From Sphacelaria rigidula (lineage: Eukaryota): a DNA stretch of 35,892 nt. The notes beneath the pieces were generated by a model. The model worked only from the letters and a program-made list of their open reading frames with translations, was not told the DNA's origin and did not search any database. Shown one piece after another: positions 1 through 10,966 of the stretch (positions within the stretch are counted from its first letter, which is position 1; each line of letters starts with the position of its first letter). The translations under genes were made by a program, and so were the position numbers. The stretch covers positions 1-35,892 of the forward strand of contig CAXNAA020000021.1 of the NCBI GenBank assembly GCA_964200075.2, read 5' to 3'.

Positions 1-54
1 GCGGAGAGGGAGGGGGGGGGACGGGGGGCGGGGGGGGGGGGGAGGAGGGGGGAG

Positions 55-88
<34 letters not shown>

Positions 89-90
89 GG
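1..90. repeat. Poly-G low-complexity tract
   Basis: Almost pure G run at the start of the window; similar tracts occur at 34551-34573 and 34724-34763. Confidence 0.95.
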
Positions 91-91
91 C

Positions 92-370
92 GTTCTCATT
101 TGTTTCGAGCATCCAAGTAATCCCCCTAACTGCTGCAAGCTGCACTGTTCCCAACTCCTTCGCCGAAAGGGGGGGGCGTACTCATTTGTTTCGAGCATCC
201 AAGTAATTCCCCTAGCTGATGTCATCTGTACCGTTCCCAACCCCTTTACCAACTTCACTGCATCCAAGTATTCTCTGAGCTGTTGCAATCTGTACTGTTC
301 CCAACGTGTTCACTAATTTTATTGCATCCATCTTTTACCTGCTGCTATTTGCACCGCTTCCGCATCAAGG
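92..370. repeat. Degenerate tandem repeat, period about 65-87 bp
   Basis: CTCATTTGTTTCGAGCATCCAAGTAAT recurs at about 95 and 181; GCATCCA...CTG(C/T)AC(T/C)GTTCCCAAC recurs at about 109, 196 and 260, and more weakly at 325. Confidence 0.7.
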
Positions 371-649
371 TATTATTTTAGCTGCTGCCAGCTGCACTGT
401 ATCAATTCCTTCAGCAACTGCACCCCTTGCTTTGCCAAGTCTGATACCAATATCGGGTCATCAAAGAATACCTTAAGTAGAGAGGGTGATGACGTACATC
501 CTGGTGGGACTCCTTGCAAAATATCAAAATATTTCGATATTTCCCTGTTTAGCATCATCGCACTTTTGGCACATTTCTGTCGTCTTCATCGTCCACACCT
601 TTCCTTTGATCACAATTCCTCATATATTTTCCCACAACCCATTGCTATA

Positions 650-1378
650 CTGCGTCATGAGCCTTTCGCACCTGTATCACAACCATGGGAAGAGTTGGAG
701 ATGGACCTGCTGAGAATAGACACTGCATCGCTTACGAATAACAAGTACATTCTGTTGATCGTAGACCGAGCCTCCAAGTTTCCCTTCGTCTTTCCACTCC
801 GAACGAAGCAGGCTGAAAGAGTAGCTCGCATCCTTGCTAAACTCTGCTTGACCTTCGGCGTCCCCCGCAAAATTCCGTAGTGACGGAGGAAAAGAATTTA
901 GAGCTGAGGTGGTGACACACTTGTGCAGGTGGCTGAAAGCAGACATTGCTTTTGGGCCCTCTGATCACCCCAGAGACCAAGGAGCAGCCGAGAGGCTGGG
1001 GGGATGGCTACCAGACATGCCGGCAGAGCTGTGTGGGTCGTGGCCCCAGAGATGGGACGAGTACGTCTCCGAAATAGCGTTTCTTCTTTGGAACTAGACG
1101 CTTTCCACGCACTTTGGCACCTGTACAACCCCGCAGTTGCACCCAATCCGCCCCCGCACTCCATGAAGCGCCCCGCTCCCCTGTCGTGCAGTGACGCCTT
1201 GAAGCTTTTCCGAATAGATGTTACTTCCTGGAAAGACTTTAGAGGTCTCAAGGTCAAGGGTCAGGTGTATGACTACGGGAGTCGCTTTTGGCGAGTACGA
1301 TACGAAGACGGAGACTGGGAGGAGCTATCCCGCCAGGAACTAGACCGTTTAACGCGGGAAAAAGGACCCCTACTTTGA
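650..1378 (+). pseudogene. Ty3/Gypsy integrase core remnant followed by a C-terminal Tudor-like domain (end of pol)
   Basis: PWEELEMDLL...KYILLIVDRASKF...FGVPRKI, then a frameshift, then SDGGKEF...HPRDQGAAERL...WDEYVS gives the D,D(35)E rve motifs. After an internal deletion near 1070 comes KDFRGLKVKGQVYDYGSRFWRVRYEDGDWEELSRQEL and a stop at 1378. Confidence 0.85.
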
Positions 1379-1438
1379 ACTTGAGTGGGAATGTCTAGGA
1401 ATAGTCGGTATATGAAATGGTACAGGATATCATTGCGC

Positions 1439-1640
1439 AGGGAAGGGGGTTGTAAAATAAGCAAGAAGAAATGTTGGTACCGTACTCTTCAGTGTGAATT
1501 ACGAGTGTGCCTGTTTTTGTTTCTTCTTTTTCTTTGTCGTTCCTTGGCCTTGTCTGGTTCCCATTTTGTAACATGCAAATACAGTTACGAGCCAAGGCGC
1601 GTGGGCTCTATTCTTCGTAGCATAAACATCAGTACTTACA
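1439..1640 (+). mobile_element. Polypurine tract plus 3' LTR (1451-1640) of the integrase-Tudor element
   Basis: AGGGAAGGGGGT is directly followed by TGTAAAAT (1451) and the segment ends AGTACTTACA (1640), giving TGTAA...TTACA termini about 70 bp after the pol stop. No second LTR is present in the window. Confidence 0.65.
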
Positions 1641-2062
1641 GGCAAGCACTTCCCAAAAGCTGCACTCCTGTAACTGTTGATGAGTTCGTGGAAAGGTTGA
1701 TTTTAGCGAATCCAACGTAAGTTGGATGTGGTTAAAGCCCCGCACTACCCTGGAATTCAGTGTAACTGATCCAGGGTGTCGACGCGCGATGAAGCTAATT
1801 AGCTAATCGTTCTCCAGTCTAACTGAGATCCCGGGAAAACGACAGCGATCGCACTTGTCTGCGGTTTCTGTCGATTGGAAAGGGCGCTAGAGATTTTTTT
1901 CCTTTCCTAACGGATAGGGTTTCCCCCGTCTAACGGGGTTTACCTATCTATTAGATACCGAGTTTTCCCCTGCAACATTAGCTGCAGGTTTTTCTCGTTT
2001 CCTTATTTTCAGGTGTTGATGCACAAGCTTCGTTTCCCACATTCCTTTCGCTTAGCCTTATT

Positions 2063-2282
2063 AAAAGGCTGGGGGGATGTTCCGGATGTATCGGTCATGA
2101 TCCAGTCGAGTAGATTCCATGTGTCATACTCTTGCGTGGTCTAGCCCGACAGGTCATGTGCCATTCTGAGTCTGTTTGATTTCGACTGTGCCCCCCTACT
2201 CGGCCACAGTCTTTTGGGAACTCATCTCAACGCACACGTAGCAGCTATCAGCCGGTTGCCAATAATACAAGAAGCATCAACA
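2063..2282 (+). mobile_element. Probable PPT plus 3' LTR (2078-2282) of another LTR element
   Basis: AAAAGGCTGGGGGGA is followed by TGTTCC (2078); AATAAT lies near the end and the terminus is TCAACA (2282), giving TGTT...AACA. No partner LTR is seen. Confidence 0.45.
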
Positions 2283-5095
2283 CTATCTCGGACTGCTATT
2301 TCTGAGGAGCCTCCGGCCTTCACACAATGTAAGCCTGACCTTCATGCAGCACATGCTGTGCTGCAGCCTGCGTGGTTCATGGCATTCCACCTGACCACTG
2401 GTGCGCTGGTTGACTCGCACTTGACAATATCGAACTCAATGGTTTCGATACTAGAGACTGTGTTCGGGTCTGCTAGCCCTGGTGCCCACTGAACTGGCAT
2501 CTACCATTCCCAGCTAGAGTATCGTACCATGACATGAGCACTGACACACTCCAGAGCATAAAGTCGTGAGTACGAGTTCCACTGCTGTACCTTCTTGACC
2601 GTTTTTTTCTGCCAGGTACCATGCCCATGCTGTAGGGGGTATATTGTTCGTGCGCTGCAAAGGCTGTACAGCATATTAACAGCGATGAATTCTACACGGA
2701 GTGACGGGACCCTGTGAAGCGCCGTGTGTGGCACAACATAATACCCTACAGTCAAATCCCCGCGAGAGACCCTGCACAATTTTCCTGTTACCCTGTGAAG
2801 CGTCCTGTGGGGCGCAAAAAAAAACACTACAGCCAGATCCCCGCGAGTAACACTGCACAGTTTCCCTGAACCCTGTAGGCGTACCCCTCAGGGTGCTATT
2901 TGTCCACGTGTGCTCTATCGCGATTTCCATCCTCTCGAGGGTAAAGTGATCCTCCCGAGGATAAAAACACTCTCTGGAGGGTATTTCATACTCAGCTCCG
3001 GTCATAAAACGAATCCTCTGCAGGGCATCTGATGCTTCAGTGACTTCTGAGGTCTGAATCCCTCCAGAGTACCGAAAATATGGTGCTCTGTAGCACGTGG
3101 TTTCCGTGAACGTCCCTTAGAGAGAAATATGAACAGCAGAGGGAAATATAAGCATCATTCCTCTGGAGGAGGGACCGCCTATGGCCTCTAAGGCATTTGC
3201 TGCGACTCCGGAGGACATAGACGTGCAGTATCCTCCAGCTTGTAAATTTTCATTTGTGCACTTGCGTTCTAACTGCTTCCAGGGCACCTTTGGGACCCCA
3301 GCAATATTATGGTATGGGCCATCACGCCAGATATATCTACATCACCCGCCGTTCACATTGACCTTCCTGTGTAACCCCGGCTGGTGCGCCCACATACTGC
3401 ATACCGAAAGGTGTAGATCGGCGCCCGAAATAGATGGGACGACAACACACAACCTAACCTATCGTTCACAGCTTGAATTGCAAACCCGGCAACACTTATA
3501 TTCCCAGCTACAATACCACCACAAAAACCCTGCAGCAAAGGGCGCGAGCCGGGCACCGGGATATGGATACACACCGCAGTAGTTGGGTATGTTGTATGTC
3601 TTGTCGGTGGAAATTAAAACTCGAGCATCTTCTTTCCTGGTCGCGGAGTGGCGCGGTGCCGGAACCATGCGGGGTAGGGTGCGGGCAATAACCGGCGGCT
3701 TGTAATGCATACACACCCACCATGGACAGTAGTGCAGGCAGACAAAGCTGCGCACACTGTTCAAATCCTTTTAACGTCGCACTGTAAGCAGAAACATACA
3801 TATAGTCCTTCGCTGTCTGTGCTGTTCTTTGCCCGCTTCCCCTTCGCGTCCTACTGACTGCAGCGGTGAGCATGCTGCGAAACGGGCGTCGTGATGCATA
3901 CTCAGTGGCTGATGGTATATGACACCCCCATGCAGCCAAAGTTACAGGCATCCACTTTGTTTAGCCATGCGTGGCGCATATGTCCCGCTAACCCTGCATT
4001 ATATTGCACCGTACGTATATAAGCACGATATGGTACTGTCCTGCACGGTACTGTAGAGTTCAGTACAGCACCAAACCGTGCTTATTGTTGTGATGGTCAT
4101 ATCGCCGTCAACGTACAGAATGAACCGCGGTCATATTTTTTCGCGTGTTCATTCGAACAAATGGTAGACCCGGGACCACGGGGTTTAAAAACCTGTGTAG
4201 ATACATCTCAGAGGTTCGTGCATGTTTTACACCATCACCACTAGCTTACTTCAGGTGATGGCGGGCAAAGTGAGGATTTACTTCGGATAGTTTCTGGTGT
4301 ACAAATTATATCTGCGAGTGTATATGGGAAATGAATCCTTTTTGCCCGATTCCGATGATTCGGAATTAGGATTTATACCGAATAGCAGAGGCAGCAAAGA
4401 TTCCAGATCTTTCCATAGCACTTGTGCCTTCAAAAACGATCCAGGGGATTCAAATATTGACACAGACCTTGGAGAGCCCCAACATTGAAAATCCTCCAGA
4501 GAGAGGATTACGAATACCCAAGATCCTCTAGGGGGGATTTCAAAACGGACGGAACCGAGGATGACGTTTGAAAATTCCTCTACAAGGTAGCCGAATGGCT
4601 GTGTGTGCACCAAAGGTATCGTTTGTCGCTCCGCATGTCAAGAAGGTCTCCACAAGTTTTTGATCACTCTCACACACACACACCAACTGGCCTGAGGCAG
4701 GCTCTTGTGCTCGTGTCGGCTAAAATCAACGGTGAAAAACACCTCCCAAGTTCAAAGTGGATCATCTGTTATTTTTGCCGCGCAGCGCACCGTCCTTGTT
4801 GGCATGTGTGTGACCGTGAACAGTAGTAGCGGTGACTGGAACATTCCCCTGCTTTTCAATGACATATTCGTCAGCGCACAGAGGCACGTCCTGTCCAAAA
4901 AAAGAGGCAAAGGGAGATAGATCTTTTGGCATTGGTGAGCTCGGCAGGCAAGGACAGACGAGATCTCTCCGCAGGGCGATGTTCTGGCCCACGAAAAATT
5001 AGGTACATATGCTGGTGACATCGATGATGCCAGGCTCTCGAGCGGTTGATGATCGCCGAGTTAGGACACACAAAGGACACGGGCGAGGAGCTTCC

Positions 5096-5306
5096 TGTAA
5101 CGCGTGAGAGGACGACGTGCTTAAAGGACCGAATCAGAATTGAAACACCCCTATGGTTAGGGTTAGGGTTAGTGTTGGGGTTAGGGTTAGGATCAGGGGC
5201 GTGGTCCCTACAGGGACCGGCCCGATTGGTTTTGAAAAGAGTCGATCCTGAGGTGTTTTGGACTACGATGCGGTCCTCCAAGCACGCGGTCCTCTCACGC
5301 ATTACA
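5096..5306. mobile_element. MITE with 40-bp TIRs, 5-bp TSD and internal TTAGGG repeats
   Basis: Left end TGTAACGCGTGAGAGGACGACGTGCTTAAAGGACCGAATC matches the reverse complement of the right end, TGTAATGCGTGAGAGGACCGCGTGCTTGGAGGACCGCATC, at 34/40. CTTCC flanks both sides (5091-5095, 5307-5311). GGTTAG repeats lie at 5155-5191. Confidence 0.85.
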
Positions 5307-6111
5307 CTTCCTCTCTGCCGTTGCTTCTCTCTCTGGGGATACCGTCACCGACACACGTGTACACCGCTGTTGTTCGGTGCACCTGGCTACAGCTGCCTAA
5401 CTGCTGCGGACATTTGGCGGGGAAGATGGCTTCGCTCGGTCGTAAGTATTTCGCGTCATCCCTGCAAAAAATAAATGCTACTTCAATCTCATTTTTGAGA
5501 TGAACCTCATTTTTCAGGATCCGCTGTTATTTTTCGGGTTCTTGGGGCAGTTTTGAGGAGAAATGAACACTGCTCTTCGGTCGTATCTCAAGTGTTCAGC
5601 TGTTTTTTTTCGATATGTGATTTGAAACTCAGCACGGAAAACTACAGAGGTATGCTAAACAAAAATACATATATAGGCCTTCATTTTGTTATTGGGAGAG
5701 GTTCGGGCGTTGTCGGAAAAATATGGTCGTTACCATACCCAAACGCCGTAAATCGGGGGAACAAATGAATAAGCACCAACGCGATCCACTTTGCTTTGCT
5801 CAATATGCCCCAGCCACGACCCACACAAAGTTTCAACACACAAACACCAAACGTGGGCCGGTAAGTGGCCCATTTGTCGGCCAATATTCAGAGTTTAGTG
5901 ATACCACGGTAGGGATGCACAATTTTTTCCTGAGGTTAGAATCGTTAGGAGCCCTTCACCTCATGCAAAGCATGACCTATGAAAATATGTGAAAGTACCA
6001 CAGGGTTGCTACTCCAATGTGCTGGGGATATCCCGAATAAATATGCAAACGGGGATGCCCTGACCCATATTTTTGTGCATTTACAATCGTTAGGAGCCCC
6101 TGAACTAGACA

Positions 6112-6508
6112 CAACTGTCATCATGCCCATCATAATGGCCCATTCACAAAGTAGAAACTCTTGGCATCGAAATCAGAAGACCTCGCTGACGCTCCCACGG
6201 TATCAGCATTCCCTGGTTGTGCTGAGTGTAAATTCGAATGCTAGGCGGATACACGCCGTTGCCTTGGGTGCAGTTAATCATTTTTGCCAGCTTCAGCTGT
6301 AAGAAGACGATGTGAACGATTCGTAGTCTACAACGCACAAGCAGTACCACACCTGGCTACATTGCCATTCCGTTAGAGGTGATGACTTCTTGCACCGCCG
6401 TTATGGGTGGCGTGTTGGGAAATCATCACGATGTGGCCATGTCTGTTGTTGGAAAGTGCTGCGTACTGTTGTACTGTACAACTGTACAACTGACGGTATG
6501 GTATTGCT
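6112..6508. repeat. Host dispersed repeat, segment 1 (continues at 11225-11928 and 16691-16775)
   Basis: Colinear with 26514-26915 and 26958-27430, for example the shared TTCGTAGTCTACA(A/G)CGCACAAGCAGTAC and TTGGGTGCAGTT. Confidence 0.9.
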
Positions 6509-6772
6509 TGTAGCCAAATGATACCAAGCCGTAGGTTTCAGTATAATCGCATGCATGATTGGAGCAGTGACAGGGGACAGGGGACAGGGGTCCTGGATTG
6601 ATGACCCTTATCTGTGTGGCCCCTTGCTGTTTAGCTCTTGATATGGCCTGTTGAGGATCACTCCGTGATAATAACATGTGAGAACAAAGGACTTATCGAG
6701 CACGAGGCCAGTGATACTGGAGGAGTCCCTCGTTGATAGTCCTCTTGTGCAGATCGTCTGGCAGACGCTATA
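6509..6772 (+). repeat. 5' LTR of element 1
   Basis: TGTAGCCAAATG...GCAGACGCTATA; about 90% identical by eye to 10967-11224 (about 20 substitutions and one small indel). Confidence 0.95.
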
Positions 6773-6969
6773 ATATCTAGATATTTTCCGGCTTTCTGTG
6801 AGAGGAGTTTGAGTGAGAAGAGAGTGGGCCACAGTCGGAGAGCCAGTGTAACCCGGAGACACGAAGACACCAACAACTTGAAGCGCACAGCGGTGGGGGA
6901 CGCTCCGTGAGCTCGAGGACGCAAAAGTCAGGCAAGAGGCTGTACGTGAAGTGTTTGAACCATTAGGAT

Positions 6970-8205
6970 ATGGCTCAAGCGACGGCAGCGCCGCTGGTGT
7001 TTGGTGAGCCACTAGAACCGTCTGAGTATGGCGAAGTGTGGACAGAGGAGGCATCACGCATTTTTCTCGCAGCATATCTTGAATATCTACAGCGGTTGAG
7101 TCTCGCTAATGGGCAAGGAATTATACGGCATGAGCGAGTAAGCATAGGACAACTCATTCCTATCTACATTCACCGCTGCTTCGAAGACATGTTCGAGGGC
7201 GGTCTGGCTATGACCCACGATGAATTGCTTGATGCCGTGAACCAGCTTGCCGGGTACACCACAACCGTCGGAAAGCATGACACTGCTCGGGCTGCAGCAG
7301 GCCTGCGTAGAGAACTCACGATGAAGCAAAGCGGGGGAAAATCCGTGAAGGATCGTGCTATAATGGTCAGTTCAGATATGGAACGGTGTTTTGTAGAAAA
7401 CCTCATGGTTCCAGCCATGTACCGTGCGGAGGACAGGAGTTGGTTGCCAGGCCCGGCCGAGTCGGTCTCCATAGCTTTGGTGGACGAGATTTCGCCTTCT
7501 GAATTCAAGGCGTTTGTTCAAAGTGTACTAACGTTTGTTGACGGCTGGAAAAAAACCCTGACAATGGTGTTCACAAAAATATTTCAAGCTGCCGGGCAGT
7601 GGAAATTTATTGAGGCATATAGCCGGCACGATTCTGCAACAAGTGCAGGTGGTATGCGCCGCGAACAGCAACAGAAACAGAAACAGCAGCCGTCTTCGCG
7701 AAAGTCGTCCACTTGCGCGTGTTACAACTGCGGCACACCAGCTATGATCGAAGACTGCCCCAAGCCCCGCGCTCAAGGCGCTGCACAGGGTAATGTGCGT
7801 TATTCTTCGGGATCCCGGGGCGGTCGTCAAGGTGGACGGGGCCGTGCCAATCAGGGACGCGGGCGCGGTGGCCGCGGCAGCAAGCAATCAGCAGCGGATG
7901 GTGGTTCCTCCGCTGCTGATTGTTCCACTACAGGTGGTCACTCTGGATCTTATGATTCGTCCGTAGCCGGGGGGACTGTGCACGTGGGAAGTGCAGATAC
8001 TTCGGTGGGGAGTGCTGGAGCGAACAGCTCGCAACCCCTCGGCCAGGCAGGATCCGTGCCTGGTGCGTTTCCTACTACTGCGATGGCTGCAACAGCGCCG
8101 TCTACAAATTCGGCGACTTGGTTTGGTTGGACCGATGGTTTGCAGCTATCGATGCCAACTGCTGGAGGGCAGCACTGGCGTCAGGTGACTCTTGGTACAG
8201 AATAG
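6970..8205 (+). CDS. gag: Gag-like ORF of element 1 (411 aa; degenerate CCHC knuckle, RGG-rich region)
   Basis: ATG about 200 bp after the 5' LTR. The knuckle CYNCGTPA-MIEDCP reads C*NCGDIGHMIKDCP in element 2. The terminal TAG corresponds to CAG in element 2, so it is probably a nonsense mutation in a single gag-pol frame. Confidence 0.8.
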   Translation: MAQATAAPLVFGEPLEPSEYGEVWTEEASRIFLAAYLEYLQRLSLANGQGIIRHERVSIGQLIPIYIHRCFEDMFEGGLAMTHDELLDAVNQLAGYTTTVGKHDTARAAAGLRRELTMKQSGGKSVKDRAIMVSSDMERCFVENLMVPAMYRAEDRSWLPGPAESVSIALVDEISPSEFKAFVQSVLTFVDGWKKTLTMVFTKIFQAAGQWKFIEAYSRHDSATSAGGMRREQQQKQKQQPSSRKSSTCACYNCGTPAMIEDCPKPRAQGAAQGNVRYSSGSRGGRQGGRGRANQGRGRGGRGSKQSAADGGSSAADCSTTGGHSGSYDSSVAGGTVHVGSADTSVGSAGANSSQPLGQAGSVPGAFPTTAMAATAPSTNSATWFGWTDGLQLSMPTAGGQHWRQVTLGTE

Positions 8206-10888
8206 AATTCTTCGGCAGGCGTATTACCCGTCGATCGCAAGGCTGAGTGCTTTCGCACAGATCTTTCTTTGTTAGGTTCCGTACGTTCTTTCATGGCCCG
8301 CGTTATTCTGGATTGTGGGTCCACGCTCACGTCGATCGGTGTGGGGTTGCTAGAGCAAATATCTTCGCAGTTTGGGGGCGCCCAACTTCAGATTCCGTTC
8401 GAAACCGGACCGCAAACGGCGCAGATCGCCACGGGTGCTCTCGTGACGGTTACACACAAAACGGTGCCAATTACGGTTAGCGTGCGTACGCCGTGGGGGG
8501 CTGTGCAGTTGCAGCCCATTGCGTTCGCGATCATACCCGGTAGGGAAAACGTGGTTCTATTTGGGATGGCGACAATCAAGGAGCTTGGGATTGATCTATA
8601 TCCGTTGACGTTGAAGAAGTTACGTCCGCGTGCTGTGTCGGTGCAAACCGGCGTGGAAAACCCCAGGTACCTTGCTACAAGGCGTGTGATCGTATCCATA
8701 CGGCCATTGCAGAGCGCTAATGAGGAGTAGGCTCCAGCGGATGAAGCGGTGGAGCGCTTCGTCGATCGGGAGCCCGACATGTTTATAAACCCAGCGGAGG
8801 AAAGAGGTGCCCAAGAACGTGCGCTAGAGGATAGGGTGTAGCAGACCGAACAGAAGGGCCTGAGCGCCGATGGCGCACTTTGTCTGCGCGATAATTTGGC
8901 TCGTCGCGTAGATATATTTCGTCGTTCGCTGCGTGGTGATCCGCCAGTGCGCGTGGAGTCAATGAAGCAGGCTGTGAAGGCCAAGCCTCGCCGCTGCGAT
9001 CCCGTGAGGACCGTGTGGCTTGCTTCATTCATCGCAGTTTTGGTGGCATTTGGTTTGTTGGTTGGGAAGATTCAGGCTGTCTGAGCGAGTCCGGCGATGG
9101 CGGTGCCGAAGAGGGACACATTCCGTTTGGTCAGCGACTAGCAGGCGGTGAACGCGCAAATGGGATTGTCTCCGGGGGTGATGCCAAGCCAAGGAGACAT
9201 GCTGGCGTCGCTGGGAGCTAAACAACCATGTCGGTATGTCATTGAACACACTCCTGAAAAGCGCAATTGTTGGGGAGATTTTTTTTCTCGCCGGGTGAAG
9301 GCTCCTACCGTGCCTCTTCGTTCTGCTGCCGTGTACTGCCGGTGTGATGCCGATGATTCGCTGCCCTCGTTAGATGTCATTCGTACCGCGCAGCGCGAAA
9401 CAGTCGGCGACGGTGTTCAATCTTTTCCTACGACCTTCGGTCAAGCTGCTTTGACTGACGATGGTTTGTTTCGCGTGCGTGTTGGCAATAGTGATGGTTT
9501 GTGGATTCCGTCGGAGGATATGGCTTTACACACTCGCTTAATGGTGTGCGCTCACATGCGGTCGACTGGACACCGTGGTGTGGCGCCGACTCTGTTTCGT
9601 TTGAAAGAATACTGTGTGTGGTCTCACATGGATTCCCACGTTCGCGATTTCGTTCGCCAGTTTTTGCATTGTTTAGACACTCGTGCTGGTGATATTGTAC
9701 CTCGTCCGTATGGCGATACTGTGCAAGGTACTGCGCCAGGTGAAGTTTTCCACTTTGATTTTCTGTACGTCGGAAGTAGCAGACCTAACGGTGCCAATGG
9801 TTTGCCTGAGGAGGATGGTTTTCGGTACGTTTTGATAATCATGAATGATTTGTCCAATTTCGTTTACTTGGAGCCAACCGAGGCTTGCACCGCCGAGGTT
9901 ACGGCTAAGCACTTGCTCCATTGGCGCAAGACTTTGGGGGTGCCACGTGTTTGGGATAGTGATACCACCACGCACTTCACAAATCGAGTGATCCTCGTGC
10001 AACACCAATTTTCTATTGCGTATACCCCTTGGTCGAATGGTGCTGGTGAACGCATGGTGAAAAAGGTTATTCGTGCGTTGCGGTCTATTTAGTCGGAACA
10101 GAGACGGCCGGTGTCTTAATGGGTTGATGTTTTGCCAGCCGCTCAGTGGGCGTTGAATACTTGATTTCGTGAACGCTACTGTAACACTCCGTGTTGTGTA
10201 ATATTTGGGCGTGCGCCGAGTACAGCGTTTTCCGCTCTGGCTTCTGTCACTGCCGGCGAGAGGAACGTCGATGTCATGGATGCCGATTCGTTGCGTGACA
10301 AGGTTAGAGGCGTGGTTGACGAGCAAGTGCGCTTTTGTAACGAAGTGCAAGCTGCTGTCGCGGTGCCTCGCAAAACCAATCGCAAGCTTGCTCAGGGCCA
10401 GGCTGTCTTGTCCATGTTTGCAGTTGGCGATTTCGTCTTGTATGTCCGTGTTCGTAGGCAGGGTGTGACACCAAAGTTGATGTGCACATGCACAGGTCCG
10501 TAGCGGATGGTCGGAGCCGATCACGCTCACGCGTATTCGGTGCAGAACATTGTTTCTGGCGTCGTGCACTCGGCCCATGTCGCTCGTTCACGTTTCTATG
10601 CTGACTCGCAGTTGCACATCACTGCGGAACTAAAAGATGTATTTCAGCATTCGTATGCTCAAGGTGATTGTCGGATGAATGCTATGGTGCACGTAGTTGA
10701 AGATGACGATGGGTGATGTCATTGTTTTCGTCGATTGATAAGGGTTTGGTGCTGAGGAACGTACGTGGGAGTCTCTTCGCAATATTCATTCTTCTGCGCC
10801 TGAATTTATTTTGAAGAAACTGCGTGAAATGCGGTTGACGCGGGCGCTGACCAGGAAATTAGCGTCGGAGTACGGTATTTATTTGTGA
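8206..10888 (+). pseudogene. pol: pol remnant of element 1: aspartic protease, RT N-terminal stub, RNase H C-terminal end, integrase, chromodomain
   Basis: Protease VILDCGSTLTSI and VLFGM; RT ASPAMAVPK..FRLVSD*QAVN; RH end YVIEHTPEKRNCWGDFFSR; IN HMRSTGHRG, FHFDFLYV, WDSDTTTHF, YTPWSNGAGERM; chromodomain VFVD**GFGAEERTWESL. Several stops and frameshifts. Confidence 0.9.
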
Positions 10889-10966
10889 TCTGGCGTATGC
10901 GATTTCGCCTCGGTTTTTGTTGGTTGTCAAGCTCGTTCGTTCGTCTTGAACTCGCTTTGAGGGTGC

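Noticed and set aside
440-449. TCTGATACCA, the reverse complement of the tRNA-iMet PBS start TGGTATCAGA
   Set aside because: Only 10 nt match, there is no adjacent LTR-ending CA, and the orientation is opposite to the neighbouring integrase.
5155-5191. True telomere or chromosome fusion point
   Set aside because: Only about 6 degenerate units, enclosed within a MITE.
8388-10578. Long minus-strand ORFs (214 aa and 301 aa)
   Set aside because: Antisense shadows of pol with no recognisable motifs.
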